Source of the DNA: Euryarchaeota archaeon UBA182
GTDB lineage: Archaea > Thermoplasmatota > Poseidoniia > Poseidoniales > Thalassarchaeaceae
NCBI GenBank assembly: GCA_002495675.1
Contig: DAGH01000025.1
Span: forward strand, 14,258-78,257
Reading direction: 5' to 3'
DNA length: 64,000 nt
Positions 30,621 through 39,834 of this stretch are shown in pieces. Under the pieces are notes generated by a model, which did no database searches, was not told the origin of the DNA, and saw only the letters and a list, made by a program, of their open reading frames with translations. Every line of letters begins with the position of its first letter. Within the stretch, counting starts at the first letter, position 1. A program made the position numbers and the translations under genes.

Positions 30621-30875
30621 TCATCCCCCGGAGGAGGGGGGCAAGAAGGCGATCTCAGATCCATCTTGCAACACAAGGTCCAACGGGGCCCCGATGTTGC
30701 CGTCAGCGGCTATTCTGATTCCAGAATTGCCCTCCATGGGTATCTCAAATCTTGAAATTAGGTCCCCTACGGTTGAGCCCAAAGGGAGGGTCACTTCGAT
30801 TGATTCAGCCCCCATGACATCCTTGAGCTGCCCAAAGAAAATCATGGATATCCTGACTGCCAACTCGTCTGCCAT
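30621..30875 (-). CDS. MoaD/ThiS family ubiquitin-like sulfur carrier (SAMP-like)
   Basis: FFGQLKD, TVGDL, LQDGSEIAFLPPSSGG with C-terminal GG. Start at 30875. Confidence 0.88.
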   Translation of the reverse strand: MADELAVRISMIFFGQLKDVMGAESIEVTLPLGSTVGDLISRFEIPMEGNSGIRIAADGNIGAPLDLVLQDGSEIAFLPPSSGG

Positions 30876-30949
30876 GCTTGCGCCGTGTACAAGAGTTGAA
30901 TAAATTCTCACGTCGGAAGTTGGAAAAGTCAGGTCAGTGGCAGGTGACC

Positions 30950-31621
30950 ATGGCGGATCCACTGGCAGTGGTGTTTGATTGCGACGGAGTATTAGCTAGC
31001 AATGGGTCCTCTTGGCAGTCAATTCACGAAAACTTTGGAACAGAGAACAGAGAAATGTTCTCCAGATTTGTAAAAAGGGAGATCGATGATGACGAGTTCA
31101 TGGCAGACGATGTGTCGAAGTGGATGCAAAAGAGGGAGCGGATTCACAAGGACGATATCGCAAGGTGCTACTCCGGTGTGAAGTTGATGGATGGCGCTAG
31201 AGAAGTTGTTTCAAGGCTTCAGGAAAGAGGTGCCTTAGTTGCGATTGTTTCCTCAGGAGTAGATGTTTTTGTCGGGATGGTAGCCTCGATGCTGAAGGTC
31301 GATGATTGGATTGCCAACGGATTTGAATGGGATGAAGAAGGTTGGATGATCGGCCCTCTGCCATCCCGGGTGTTATCATTCGAAAAGGGACTTGCAGTCG
31401 AGAAATTTAGGAGAATAAATGATCTGAGTCCTGGAGAAATCATATCAGTTGGGGACTCGGGATCGGACCTCTCAATGAAAATTGAGGGTTCGGGCTTCAT
31501 AGCATTCAACCCGAGTGCGAGGTGGTCTCTCGAAGCATTTGAGGCAGCCTCTGTCCCGATTGTGGATTCTGATGATCTCAGAAACATCTGGCCACTCCTT
31601 TTTGATGGCGAGGAATTCTAG
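30950..31621 (+). CDS. HAD-IB family phosphatase (phosphoserine phosphatase-like)
   Basis: FDCDGVL motif I, VSSG motif II, K, VGDSGSD motif IV. Confidence 0.85.
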   Translation: MADPLAVVFDCDGVLASNGSSWQSIHENFGTENREMFSRFVKREIDDDEFMADDVSKWMQKRERIHKDDIARCYSGVKLMDGAREVVSRLQERGALVAIVSSGVDVFVGMVASMLKVDDWIANGFEWDEEGWMIGPLPSRVLSFEKGLAVEKFRRINDLSPGEIISVGDSGSDLSMKIEGSGFIAFNPSARWSLEAFEAASVPIVDSDDLRNIWPLLFDGEEF

Positions 31622-31622
31622 G

Positions 31623-33248
31623 TCACACGAAAGGAATAGAAGCGACGGCGTGAGTTTCCAGATTTACCACCGTCAGTATACAGGGAAGGGGTTGGAATCC
31701 CAACATTCGCTGGTAGTCGGTTTGATTCTGCCAGGTCGAACTATGGATGATGTGTGTGCCTTTGTACTGGCTGGCATGATGGCCATGGACATGGCCGGTG
31801 ACAAAAATATCCGGAATGGTTTGAATCACCATCGAATCCTCCGGCTCGGGGGACAAAGGCGTCTTGCCTCCCCATGATGGGGCAAGGTGCCTCCTCTCCA
31901 ACATGGCCATCATGGCTCTTTCCGGGTGTTCGAAGCTTACCGACCGTAAGCTCGACACAAAGTCAGATATGCTCACCCCGTGGTACGCGAGCACCCTAAC
32001 ACCATGCAAACTGAAGTCCGATGGGTTACCGGAAAATGTGACGTCAGAGTAGTCCTGTTGAACATCAGGGTCCAAGGCTGGCTGGGGCTCTGCAGGACGG
32101 ACTGCGTCATGATTCCCGGGCATGATGATTGTGTCGACCCAATCTGGCAGCTCCTCGATCATTCGGGCCAATTCACCATACTGTTTGTAGAGGTCGCGGA
32201 TTGAGAGATGTTTTTCCTGCCCCGGGTATATGCCCACGCCATCAACCCCGTCTCCTGTCATCACGAAATACTTGATCGTCCTGGCGAGAGGATCCTCCTT
32301 GAACCACTGGACCATCTTTTTCCATTGGGCATCGAGGAATGTCTTGCTGCCCACATGTATGTCGGACAAGAAGGCGACTGAGATTGCAGCATCACTACCA
32401 GAAGTTGCCTTTTGGTGGGCTCCCAATGATGGGCGATGCAGGTCCGAGGCCCTCAATCGGCCACTCTCAGTGAAGTATCCAGTTACTCCTATGACATCGT
32501 CATCCAGCAACCCATCTGTAACAGGATGTGTCTTTGTCCATTCTGGCTTTGGGTACAATATGCATTCTACAGAGCCAGTTTCGTCCTCTAAAGCAAACTG
32601 TATGTCTCCATTTCTCCCAAACCTCTTGAACTCGACAAGCCCAACTACCGACACTTCCTTCTCGGGCGAATTTCTTGATTTCCTCTCCCTCCACGCATCA
32701 GATATTCGCGATGGCCGTGTCGGCAATGATCCGGAATCCAAGATCATCTTCCTAATCTTCGCCAACCTGTCAGTGAAACAAGACTGCATGTCGGTCAGGC
32801 GGCCTTCAGTGACAGAGTTTCCCGTGATGTCAAAGTGGATATCTATCTCGGGGTCGATGTCAGTTGCATCCATGGGAAAATCCCGGATGGAGTAATGCTC
32901 GAGACCGTGCGGCCTCGGGGCTACTTGTATCCCATTACTTTCCAACGGGGCGAGGACTCTGCCAGAGTTGCCCGCAGATTGCTCATTGGGAGATTTCCCG
33001 ATTCCGTCCCTTTGAAGATCCATCGTTTGAATTTCGCCTGTCTCTGATGGCTCCATGAGCTTAGATCCTGATTGTATCAGGCTCCTGACAGCGGAGTCGT
33101 CTAAGAGCCTGATTGATTTCTCAAGAGCAGCCTTAATGAGTTGGTCTAGGTTGTCAACAGACTCAATCAAGGGGATGGCGGATCGCTTGACTAGGAGGCC
33201 ATGGGAGATTAACTCCCTGCTGAGTCTGGCCCCATCATCCCCGGTCAT
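31623..33248 (-). CDS. polB: DNA polymerase D small subunit DP1
   Basis: OB fold (LEDETG) plus calcineurin-like exonuclease motifs SDIHVGS, GDGVDGVGIYPGQ, PGNHD, YHG, RRHLAP, GHVH. Confidence 0.95.
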   Translation of the reverse strand: MTGDDGARLSRELISHGLLVKRSAIPLIESVDNLDQLIKAALEKSIRLLDDSAVRSLIQSGSKLMEPSETGEIQTMDLQRDGIGKSPNEQSAGNSGRVLAPLESNGIQVAPRPHGLEHYSIRDFPMDATDIDPEIDIHFDITGNSVTEGRLTDMQSCFTDRLAKIRKMILDSGSLPTRPSRISDAWRERKSRNSPEKEVSVVGLVEFKRFGRNGDIQFALEDETGSVECILYPKPEWTKTHPVTDGLLDDDVIGVTGYFTESGRLRASDLHRPSLGAHQKATSGSDAAISVAFLSDIHVGSKTFLDAQWKKMVQWFKEDPLARTIKYFVMTGDGVDGVGIYPGQEKHLSIRDLYKQYGELARMIEELPDWVDTIIMPGNHDAVRPAEPQPALDPDVQQDYSDVTFSGNPSDFSLHGVRVLAYHGVSISDFVSSLRSVSFEHPERAMMAMLERRHLAPSWGGKTPLSPEPEDSMVIQTIPDIFVTGHVHGHHASQYKGTHIIHSSTWQNQTDYQRMLGFQPLPCILTVVNLETHAVASIPFV

Positions 33249-33318
33249 GGTGTGTTACAGTCAGAAGGTCGCTCATGATGCTATCGGGTGTAGTTTGGTC
33301 AGAACTTGTTCGATCAAC

Positions 33319-33987
33319 TCAATCCCAATCTGTTTCCGCGGAAAAATCGACTGATGAGGGTTCTGCTCTACTGATGCCGCGAGGCTCCCATGCCTCTGCA
33401 CCATCCCAATCGTCTTGTTCGATGGTTTTGTTTTCATCATCGACGGTCCTTCTTTGCTCGGCTTTCTTTCGCCTCATCTCTATGTCATCTGCGTGGTCTA
33501 GAATCTCAAGAACCATCCTCAGTGCAAATTGAACGAATGATCGTTTGTTTTCTATTCTATCATTTGACCCAAAATCGTTCCTCCTCACAATGTATCTTCC
33601 GTCGTGGGTCGTCACGGCGACGTAGACCAAACCAACCTCCTTAGTCTCAGTTCCGCCGGTAGGCCCAGCAATCCCTGTTATCGATAGGCTCACTTCGGTC
33701 CCTGCATGGTGCCTGGCTCCGTGTGCCATTTGCAGGGCAACTTTGTGGGAGACCGCACCCTCTCCGCCTAAATCGAATGCGTTTGGAGAAACATCCACCT
33801 CCGATATTTTCGATTCATTGGTGTATACCACCCAACCTTGTTTGAACCATGCCGAGCTTCCTGATATGTCAGTAAAGGTCGAGCAAATCAACCCACCAGT
33901 GCATGACTCAGCCACAGAAATGGACCAACCTCGCTTCTTTAGCCTTCTACCAATTCGCGAAGCCAGGCCTGCGATCTCTTCGACCAT
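33319..33987 (-). CDS. CinA C-terminal domain protein (NMN deamidase PncC-like) with acidic tail
   Basis: SVAESCTGG, GAVS..VA.QMA.G, SITGIAGPTGG. Confidence 0.9.
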   Translation of the reverse strand: MVEEIAGLASRIGRRLKKRGWSISVAESCTGGLICSTFTDISGSSAWFKQGWVVYTNESKISEVDVSPNAFDLGGEGAVSHKVALQMAHGARHHAGTEVSLSITGIAGPTGGTETKEVGLVYVAVTTHDGRYIVRRNDFGSNDRIENKRSFVQFALRMVLEILDHADDIEMRRKKAEQRRTVDDENKTIEQDDWDGAEAWEPRGISRAEPSSVDFSAETDWD

Positions 33988-34022
33988 GTGCCGCGGTGGC
34001 GGGCTTGCCCTAATTGGGTTGA

Positions 34023-34098
34023 TGGTGGGTCCGGCAGGAATTGAACCTGCGATCTTCGCTTTGTAAGAGCGACGTCATAACCCCTAGACCACGGACCC
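34023..34098 (-). tRNA. tRNA-Val (TAC), CCA encoded
   Basis: Reverse complement GGGTCCGTGGTCTAGGGGTTATGACG-TCGCT-CTTACAA-AGCGA-AGATCGCAGGTTCAATTCCTGCCGGACCCACCA. Confidence 0.97.
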
Positions 34099-34120
34099 CA
34101 TCCCCCGCAGAGGGTACATG

Positions 34121-34155
34121 GCTTGAACAACTCGGTCGTTTGATTGGGTTCAAGC
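34121..34155. promoter_or_regulatory. Putative back-to-back promoters (inverted GCTTGAAC/GTTCAAGC) for tRNA-Val and the HEAT-repeat gene
   Basis: Perfect 8-bp inverted repeat; each TTCAA lies -29..-25 from its own gene start. Confidence 0.5.
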
Positions 34156-34177
34156 AGGACCCCTTGCTCGTACCTAC

Positions 34178-35200
34178 ATGCTCTCCAAGGAGATCAGTCG
34201 TCTCAGGGACAAGGATATCCGCCAAAGGAGAAAGGCGGTAAGGAGGCTTTTCGAAGATGGAGACCCATCAGCTTTGCCTCATTTCATCCCATTCCTAAAC
34301 GACCCCGACGAGTGGTTTGTGGAGCGGGCCATGATAGCGATAGAGAGATGGTATGACGGGATGGACAGGGGGATAGCCCACGCTCTGGCAAATAGCGAAT
34401 TCGCAGAGAGACGACTCTTGGCTGCGAGAGTAGCCTTGAGGCTGGAAAACCCAAGAGGAACATTAAGTGAGCTTACACGGGATGGTGACTTGAAGGTAAG
34501 GATCGCTGCATGGAAGGGGTTGATGAGACTAGACTCCGAGGAGTCAAAAAATGCGCTTAAATCAATGGACACAGCGGTCAGGAAGATGGCTGTTGACAAT
34601 CTGTTTGAGTCAGGATTGGTAAACGAGAAGGTCATGAATGAATTGATGTCAGATCCAGCCTCTGCAGTTCGTAATGCAGTCGCGAAGAACATCTCGGATA
34701 GAAATCTCGATGACTCGGCCAAGGGGGCTTACGACCGATTTGTAAATGACAGAATGGGGGTTGAAGATGCTTCTGAAGCAATCATTGAATCCCCCGTTCT
34801 GGCCTTGAGACTTGCCTGGGTGCAACAATACCTGGCCAGTACAAACCCGAAGGACGTTACATTGCTAACCAAAGGTTTCCGAAACTCATCATGGATGGAG
34901 GAAGGCGCGGCGGTTGATATGGTCTTGGAGCACGCATCGGACCAACTGCTGGAGAGAATATTACGAAGGGGCAAAGGGGATCTTGTTGAGGGAGTTTGCC
35001 TAAGAGTTATCAGGGACCGGAATCGTTCGTCATCAACCAAAGCGAGGGTTGTTCTGGATCGAATAGGCCGAGATCCCAGTCCCGAATTTGCTGAATCGTT
35101 GTTAGCGGAGGAACTAATCACTGATCATGAGCTTTCTTCATCCATTTCGCTACTTGTCAGGGAAACGCTAGGAGTCGATAGCGGGATGCATGAGCCTTGA
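34178..35200 (+). CDS. HEAT-repeat protein
   Basis: L.D.D..VR..A repeats (LNDPDEWFV, RDGDLKVRIAA, MDTAVRKMAV, SDPASAVRNAVA). Confidence 0.8.
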   Translation: MLSKEISRLRDKDIRQRRKAVRRLFEDGDPSALPHFIPFLNDPDEWFVERAMIAIERWYDGMDRGIAHALANSEFAERRLLAARVALRLENPRGTLSELTRDGDLKVRIAAWKGLMRLDSEESKNALKSMDTAVRKMAVDNLFESGLVNEKVMNELMSDPASAVRNAVAKNISDRNLDDSAKGAYDRFVNDRMGVEDASEAIIESPVLALRLAWVQQYLASTNPKDVTLLTKGFRNSSWMEEGAAVDMVLEHASDQLLERILRRGKGDLVEGVCLRVIRDRNRSSSTKARVVLDRIGRDPSPEFAESLLAEELITDHELSSSISLLVRETLGVDSGMHEP

Positions 35201-35590
35201 AAGGGGTACTGAAATCGGCGGCAAATCATCCGACAAAAGATGCCTGCTGGTTTTAGGAGGCATCAGATCGCCAGAAAGGCCTGCTTGGATTACATCGTCC
35301 TTGGATATGCTTTCCCTATCGCTGTTTGGCCATAGCAAAAGGGTGATTGAGTCATCGTCGAGGTATTCTACAACAACGCATGGCAAACACTGCAGGTCAA
35401 GCCTTCTCGCGATCTCATATCTGTGGTGCCCATCGAGGATCGTCCCCGTGGCGCCATCGACCAACAAGGGCTTGGTGTATGCGTCCCACCTAATTGTCAT
35501 CCTCTCAAGTTGATCCACCTTCTTCTGAATAACCTGCTCATGTGGCTTCAGTACCTCCACTGGTATCAACTGGACCCTCACAACACTCAA
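35168..35590 (-). CDS. Stand-alone ParB/Srx N-terminal domain protein
   Basis: LKPHEQ, PLLVD, ILDGHHRY, PPKTSRH. Confidence 0.8.
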   Translation of the reverse strand: MSVVRVQLIPVEVLKPHEQVIQKKVDQLERMTIRWDAYTKPLLVDGATGTILDGHHRYEIARRLDLQCLPCVVVEYLDDDSITLLLWPNSDRESISKDDVIQAGLSGDLMPPKTSRHLLSDDLPPISVPLSRLMHPAIDS

Positions 35591-35655
35591 GACCTGCGTC
35601 AGCGTTTAGCACTGTCTGAACGGCACCGTAAAACGGTAGTCGTCCATGGACCCGC

Positions 35656-36888
35656 GTGGAGGACCCCTCGACCCTACTAACAAAACTCGGTGAGGATGAC
35701 CTCCAAGTGCTCAGAAGGTTGTCCTCTGAAGGAGCAGTGTGGATAGTCGGAGGATGGGTTAGGGACGGCTTGTTATCCACGCACAACTCAGACATGGACA
35801 TTGCTACAGATCTTCTACCCTCGGATGTAATTCGGCTTTTTCCCAACTCCCTCACTCATGGTGCTCGTTTTGGAACGATCGGCGTCAGGATGCCGGGCAA
35901 CGACAGGACCTGGGAGGTCACATCACTGAGGTCTGAGGCAGGCTACACCGACGGTCGCAGGCCAGATGCGGTAGTTTTCGGAAAGGACATAATCGAGGAC
36001 CTCTCGAGAAGGGACTTCACAGTCAACTCGATGGCGATTTCCTTCCCAGACGGTGAATTTCTCGACCCGTTTTGTGGCATGGTCGACCTGCACTCGAAGA
36101 CCATAAGAACCGTGGGGGATCCATCCAAGCGATTCTCGGAAGATGGCTTGAGGATATTACGAGGGTATCGATTCAAGGCGGCTTCGGACCTCTGGACATT
36201 GAACGATGGAACTGAGTTAGCAATGAAAGAATGTGTTCGCATGATAAACAAAGTGTCGCCCGAAAGGATAGGGAGTGAGATAAGGAGGATAATCGAACTC
36301 CCGTCAGGCGGTAATTCAATCAAATTGATGCAAGAGCATGGCATCCTCGAAAAAATACTGCCTGGGGCCAACCTCCCTGGTCATTTTCACGCAACAGGCG
36401 ACATATCCGTGGACATGGCGTTGCTTTACTGCGACAGCGAGGTTGACCTCAAAACATCCTCCGGTATCATCAAAGACAATCTTAAGCTCACGAAAGAAGA
36501 GGTCTCAATCTTTGAATTGTTGATGTCATTGCAAGTTCAAAATGCCCTGACCTCCGCTGAGGAAGTTCGCAGGTTCCACGTGGCTGTTCCACCGGATTGG
36601 AAAGGTAAGGTAGTGAGATATTTTGAGAGCAAGGGAGAGGATCGATCTCAGATTTTGAGCACCGTCGGCCCCCCAGTGGCAGGGACAGTCCCACTTGTTG
36701 ATGGCAACGAGCTTTCCGAGTTCACAGGGTTGGATCCTGGAATTAGACTCGGTCGGCTCAAGGGTCACCTGCATAGACTGCAAATCGAAAGGGATATGAC
36801 TTGCAAAGAAGAAGTTCTCGACTGCATCAGCGAGATTGACTATGTCAACGGGGATCCCCTCGATTGGGATCTATTGTCCTGGCCCTGA
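35656..36888 (+). CDS. cca: Class II (bacterial-type) CCA tRNA nucleotidyltransferase / poly(A) polymerase family
   Basis: VGGWVRDGLL, DMDIAT, EVTSLR, DLSRRDFTVNSMA, RFSEDGLRILRGYRF, SPERI..E. Confidence 0.88.
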   Translation: MEDPSTLLTKLGEDDLQVLRRLSSEGAVWIVGGWVRDGLLSTHNSDMDIATDLLPSDVIRLFPNSLTHGARFGTIGVRMPGNDRTWEVTSLRSEAGYTDGRRPDAVVFGKDIIEDLSRRDFTVNSMAISFPDGEFLDPFCGMVDLHSKTIRTVGDPSKRFSEDGLRILRGYRFKAASDLWTLNDGTELAMKECVRMINKVSPERIGSEIRRIIELPSGGNSIKLMQEHGILEKILPGANLPGHFHATGDISVDMALLYCDSEVDLKTSSGIIKDNLKLTKEEVSIFELLMSLQVQNALTSAEEVRRFHVAVPPDWKGKVVRYFESKGEDRSQILSTVGPPVAGTVPLVDGNELSEFTGLDPGIRLGRLKGHLHRLQIERDMTCKEEVLDCISEIDYVNGDPLDWDLLSWP

Positions 36889-37383
36889 TTACAGGCTCTC
36901 TGCTAAGAATTCGATGTATTCCTGGGGAGAAAGGAAATGATCCTCTTCGTATTCGTGTGGCCTTACTATCATCAACCAGCCATCACCATAAGCCTCGGAA
37001 TTGACTAGGTCTGGTGAGTCCTCTACCTCGCCGTTCAACTCAAGGATTCCACAAGGAAAAGGGCTGTCCAGTAGTACGACGTCGTCAGCGGTCCTCAGAG
37101 TGACAAGTATGTCCTCTGCAGCCAACTCGCCCTCAAGGCCGGATTTCTCCTGTGATTTTTCCTCGCCCTCATCAAAGCCGTCAAGCGCACTCAAGTTGGG
37201 GAGTGTGACTCGGATGAATTCGCCCCACACAGCCGCGACATATTCGCTAACACCCACCTTGACACTGGTTTGTACGTTGCCGTCCTCATCTTCATCCCTG
37301 TCAATCACCTGGAGCCACAAATGCTCCTTTGTGTACCTTCTGTCTTCTGCAACGCTGAATTCAATGTCACCGTCTTCCGCCAT
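36889..37383 (-). CDS. Glycine cleavage H-protein homologue lacking the lipoyl lysine
   Basis: YTKEHLW, VGVSEY, SP....ILELN, PDLVNSEAYGDGWL. The ESVK site reads RTAD. Confidence 0.8.
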   Translation of the reverse strand: MAEDGDIEFSVAEDRRYTKEHLWLQVIDRDEDEDGNVQTSVKVGVSEYVAAVWGEFIRVTLPNLSALDGFDEGEEKSQEKSGLEGELAAEDILVTLRTADDVVLLDSPFPCGILELNGEVEDSPDLVNSEAYGDGWLMIVRPHEYEEDHFLSPQEYIEFLAESL

Positions 37384-37503
37384 GTTGATCGATCCGCGCG
37401 CGGGACCCACCTGACTTGAATCATTCGATTGACGGACGGTCCAATACAATCCAAATTTCGATGGGTTAACAACCATCCACCGCTTCATGGGTACGGGACT
37501 GCA

Positions 37504-38688
37504 ATGGATTTCAGAGAAACTGACGAGCAATCGATGATCAGACAACTCGTAAGAGACTTCGCCGAGGAGGTACTCGCCCCCACTGCATCCCAAAGAGACA
37601 AAGAGCAGCGACCACCTATCGAAGAATGGGAAAAATTCTGCGAAATGGGACTCCAGTCTATGACTATCCCAGAGGAATACGGGGGCAACCCGCTAGACGA
37701 CATCTCTGAGGCGATCGTCGTTGAAGAGCTCGCCAGAGTTGATGCATCTTTCTCAGTGATGTTTTGCGTGCATGTCGGGTTGTGTTCCGCGACTATCGCC
37801 ATACACGGCAATGAACAACAGAAATCGAAGTACCTCCCTATGCTCGCAGGGGGGGAGATTGGTGCCTACTCCCTTTCAGAGGCTGGCTCTGGAACCGACG
37901 CCGCAGCAATGAGCTGCAGTGCAAAACTAAGTGAAGACGGAACCCACTACATCTTGAACGGAGAGAAGATGTGGGTCTCAAACGGCAGTACTGCTGGAAT
38001 CTATGTGCTTTTCGCCAAAGACGTAGATCACCCTGAATTCGGTGTCCGCAGCCATGGTGGAACCACGGCGTTCATCATTGAGAAGGACTTTCCAGGGTTT
38101 TCTGTCGGCAAGAAAGAGGACAAACTAGGAATCAGGTCCTCCGATACTTGCTCATTGGTTCTCAAGGATTGCATGGTGCCGATAGAGAACGTACTAAGGG
38201 CAGCCGGAGAAGGTTTTCCAATAGCGATGAACGCACTTGATAACTCAAGGATTGGGATTGCCGCTCAAGCACTGGGAATAGCTCAGGGGGCATACGAAAC
38301 CGCGCTGAACTACGCCCAACAAAGAACCACCTTTGGCAAACCGATATCACGTCACCAATCCGTTGGGAATTATCTCGCTGACATGGCCACAAAAATTTCC
38401 GCGGCCAGGCTTGTTGTCTACCAGGCGTCATGGGCGAAGGGGAACCACTACCACTCCGGTGGTCCAAGACACACAACAGAAGCCTCGATGGCGAAACTTC
38501 TCGCCGGCGACACGGCGATGTGGGTTGCGGAGAGGGCGGTGCAGGTTCTGGGCGGCTACGGGTACACAACTGATTTCCCTGCTGAGCGCTTCTTCAGGGA
38601 TGCAAAAATTACCCAGATTTACGAAGGTACCCAAGAAGTTCAAAGGATCGTGATCAACAGAGCAATATCCTCAAAGAGATCTGAGTGA
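37504..38688 (+). CDS. Acyl-CoA dehydrogenase (short-chain/butyryl-CoA type)
   Basis: YSLSEAGSGTD, NGEKMWVSN, KLGIRSS, GGYGY, IYEGTQEVQR. Confidence 0.93.
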   Translation: MDFRETDEQSMIRQLVRDFAEEVLAPTASQRDKEQRPPIEEWEKFCEMGLQSMTIPEEYGGNPLDDISEAIVVEELARVDASFSVMFCVHVGLCSATIAIHGNEQQKSKYLPMLAGGEIGAYSLSEAGSGTDAAAMSCSAKLSEDGTHYILNGEKMWVSNGSTAGIYVLFAKDVDHPEFGVRSHGGTTAFIIEKDFPGFSVGKKEDKLGIRSSDTCSLVLKDCMVPIENVLRAAGEGFPIAMNALDNSRIGIAAQALGIAQGAYETALNYAQQRTTFGKPISRHQSVGNYLADMATKISAARLVVYQASWAKGNHYHSGGPRHTTEASMAKLLAGDTAMWVAERAVQVLGGYGYTTDFPAERFFRDAKITQIYEGTQEVQRIVINRAISSKRSE

Positions 38689-38690
38689 AT

Positions 38691-39794
38691 TCACAATGTA
38701 TCCACATTGAACACACCTGCAACAGGCAGCAACTTGTTTTCGAAATCGAAAATTGCCTGATTTTCCCATACAGAGCCATTATTCGATTCCGGACCGCTCC
38801 AAGATATCATGTCAGCACCCCAATAACAGAACCCTACTCCTCTCTCCACGCTCAAGATTTCGTCCTTCAAAGCTGTCATGAAGTCCAATTGCCCCTGAGG
38901 TGATGCAGGATATAGAGAGGCGATTATCTGGTCCTCTGATCCTATGATGTTATTCGTCCAATCGTTCCAGTCAAGCGTGAATGGATAAGCGGTCTCTGCG
39001 ATCATCACATCCTTGTCGTTTTGTTGAGCCAATTCCGTCAGCGTGTCACCGACTCTCCCAATAGACTTGCCGTGCCACAGCGGGTAGAAGGAAATGCCTG
39101 CGATGTCATAGTCCAGCGAACTCAATTCACCGTAGAAGTCACTTGAGGACTCCAGCCCAGCGTAGTGGATTATGATTCTAGCGTGCCCGGAGTTTTCCCT
39201 GATGGCTCTTGATCCAGCATCGAGAAGTTCAAGAAATTGCGTTTTATTTTGGTTTATTTCCCCATGGGGGAACAAAAAACCGTTGTTGATCTCGTTCCCA
39301 ATCTGGACGAAATCAGGATTCAAATCGGAGACGATGTCGCTTGTATACTGGTAGAACTCATCTTTCACTTCAGAGTAGTTCAGACCGTCCCAAGCGCGGG
39401 GCTGATCTTGCGCTCCGGGGTCAGCCCAGGTGTCTGAGTAGTGGGGACAGAGCCAGAGTTTCAGCCCCAAAGATTTTATTTTTTCAGAGAAATCTGCCAC
39501 CTCTTGCAAGGATGAGCCGCTATGGCTTGGGTCATGCCAAATCCTGAGCCTCACTGTGTTGACTCCGGCATCCTTCAATGATTGAATGAAATCCACCTGA
39601 TCCCCGTTTGAGTCGTAAAAAGTGTGGTTCAAGCTTGAGATCAGGGGGTAATATGAGATGTCAACGGCAGAAATTATTTCGGGCATAAACTCGGAATTAT
39701 GTGATTCAATTTGCAAACCCTGGGTATCTTGGCTGAGGCACCCTGACAACATACACGCTACGATCAAGATGGAGAGCGGTGCCCGCAAAGTCAT
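38691..39794 (-). CDS. GH53 endo-beta-1,4-galactanase-like lipoprotein
   Basis: Lipobox LSGC, GVNTVRLRIW, HYSDTWADPGAQ, QIGNEINNG (acid/base), ISFYP.WHG, IAETAYP (nucleophile), WENQAIFDF. Confidence 0.92.
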   Translation of the reverse strand: MTLRAPLSILIVACMLSGCLSQDTQGLQIESHNSEFMPEIISAVDISYYPLISSLNHTFYDSNGDQVDFIQSLKDAGVNTVRLRIWHDPSHSGSSLQEVADFSEKIKSLGLKLWLCPHYSDTWADPGAQDQPRAWDGLNYSEVKDEFYQYTSDIVSDLNPDFVQIGNEINNGFLFPHGEINQNKTQFLELLDAGSRAIRENSGHARIIIHYAGLESSSDFYGELSSLDYDIAGISFYPLWHGKSIGRVGDTLTELAQQNDKDVMIAETAYPFTLDWNDWTNNIIGSEDQIIASLYPASPQGQLDFMTALKDEILSVERGVGFCYWGADMISWSGPESNNGSVWENQAIFDFENKLLPVAGVFNVDTL

Positions 39795-39834
39795 AGGAAT
39801 CAAAAAGCAATTGTGTGGGTAGACCGTAACTTTG

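Noticed and set aside
31623..33318. Replication origin next to DP1
   Set aside because: No cdc6/orc1 gene, no ORB-like repeats, and the intergenic gap is only about 70 bp.
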